From an uncultured Acidobacteriota bacterium (GTDB lineage: Bacteria; Acidobacteriota; Polarisedimenticolia; J045), in assembly GCA_963702425.1 (NCBI GenBank), contig CAVPCQ010000027.1, positions 1-17,004 on the forward strand: 17,004 nucleotides of DNA. The letters are read 5' to 3'. The position numbers and the translations under genes are program-made. Position 1 is the first letter of the stretch. Each line of letters starts with the position of its first letter. Below the pieces are notes generated by a model. That model saw only the letters and a program-made list of their open reading frames with translations. It searched no databases and was not told the DNA's origin. This document shows, piece by piece, positions 15,979 through 17,004 of this stretch.

Positions 15979-17004
15979 TTCTTCGGATTCGTTGTTGGCC
16001 ACCATCCCGTACCAGTAGTTGTGGCCGAGTTCGTGTACGACCACCAGCTCCGGCAGGCGGAGCCATTCTCCCACCGCCCAGTGCGCCCCAGCAGTGATCA
16101 GGGTCGGATATTCCATCCCTCCGGCTTCCGAGGCGTTATATGCCGGGTCCACGATCGTCAGCACGGGATACGGATACCGGCCCACGTGTCGCTCGAAGTA
16201 GGCAAACGTGGTTTTTGCCGCCTGAATGTACCGTGCCGCCTGAGCGACCCGCTGCGGCTGCATAAGCGCACGGATCTGCACATGTTCCCATCGGTCGATG
16301 ACCTCGACGAAGCGCGGCGATGCGGTCCAGGCGAAGTCGTGGACGTCCTCGGCATGGTAGGTCAACGTGCGGGTCGTGTCCGGGTTCCGCCGTTCCTCAA
16401 CGCGGGAGCCCGTCGCCCCCACGACATAGGCGGAGGGGACGGTGATAGAGACGTCATACACGCCGAAGTTCGCGTAGAACTCACCGATCGGATGGTACTG
16501 GTGCGCGTTCCATCCTCCCCGTGCGGCTGCGCGCGTGCCGGCGGGTTCATACGCGGCGATCTTCGGGAACCACTGGCTGACCATGAAGAAATCGCCGACG
16601 TAGCCGGACCGCCGCGTCACCGGAGGCAACTTGGCGGTGAACCCGATGCGCAGCGTAATGGATTGCCGGGGGGGGATCGGCCGGCGCAGGGGCAGTCTCG
16701 CGAGCGTTCGATCCCATTCGTTGCCGTCGTCGGGCTGGATGAACTCCAGACCCGCGGTCAGATCCTCGCCGTCGGCAGTACGGAGGGAGACGATGTCGAT
16801 CCATCCCGCTTCGCTCGCCGGCCTGAGGGTTCCCCGGCCGCCTCCTCCCCATTCGCGCATCATCGTCGACTGGCCGTTGCGGAACGCGTTAAGATAGAGG
16901 TGGAACTGCAGGTCCTGAATGACGTCGCCGGAAGGGTTCTTCCAGGTGAGGACCTCTTCCCCTTTCAGGGTCTTCGTGTGCGGGTCCAGCGACACGGAGA
17001 TGGC
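15979..17004 (-). CDS. M1-family zinc aminopeptidase, N-terminal fragment (open at window edge, 3'-truncated at ~15979)
   Basis: FHLYLNAF, SQWFPKIA, EFYANFGVYDV, VHDFAW, YPYP, GGMEYP exopeptidase motif and HELGH (HEXXH). Ends at ANNESEE, just before the expected WLDEG third zinc ligand. Confidence 0.85.

Noticed and set aside
14194-16995. 933-aa ORF appearing to fuse an M1 peptidase to carbamate kinase
   Set aside because: The middle ~270 codons are an off-frame, Arg-rich reading of the arcE-like gene that lacks stops because of high GC. arcC has its own coupled start at 15159, and the fusion exists only because of the junction at ~15979.
15979-17004. Mobile element or genomic island as the explanation for the lower-GC segment
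   Set aside because: No transposase, integrase, terminal repeats or att/tRNA site. The segment is an ordinary peptidase cut mid-domain.

Overview
A very GC-rich bacterial window from a diderm organism. The LexA N-terminus and gene content suggest Acidobacteriota or a similar lineage, which is an inference only. In order it carries: a secreted MBL-fold hydrolase, an outer-membrane beta-barrel, a DUF299 dikinase regulator, a Pro/Met-rich lipoprotein, and an olsB-olsA-like aminolipid acyltransferase pair in which olsA has two compensating 1-nt frameshifts. Next is a minus-strand unit of a LexA homologue, a GNAT and a small His-rich membrane protein, followed by an exported HEAT-repeat protein, a membrane-anchored sensor-HAMP-HD-GYP phosphodiesterase and a Ca2+/H+ antiporter. 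The window ends with an arcE-like/arcC/OTCase arginine cluster whose first gene is cut off at about 15979 by a lower-GC M1 aminopeptidase fragment (a chimeric junction). Strongest leads: (1) an unannotated ~88-nt sigma54-type sRNA unit (IHF-like site, -24/-12 box, hairpin, CCUCC stretch, intrinsic terminator) divergent from (2) an HD-GYP protein with the RxxQ signature associated with 3',3'-cGAMP selectivity; (3) a LexA that has lost both catalytic residues (Ser->Ala, Lys->Arg); (4) a probable arginine-synthetase (ArcE) pathway locus. All calls come from reading motifs by eye; no searches were run.
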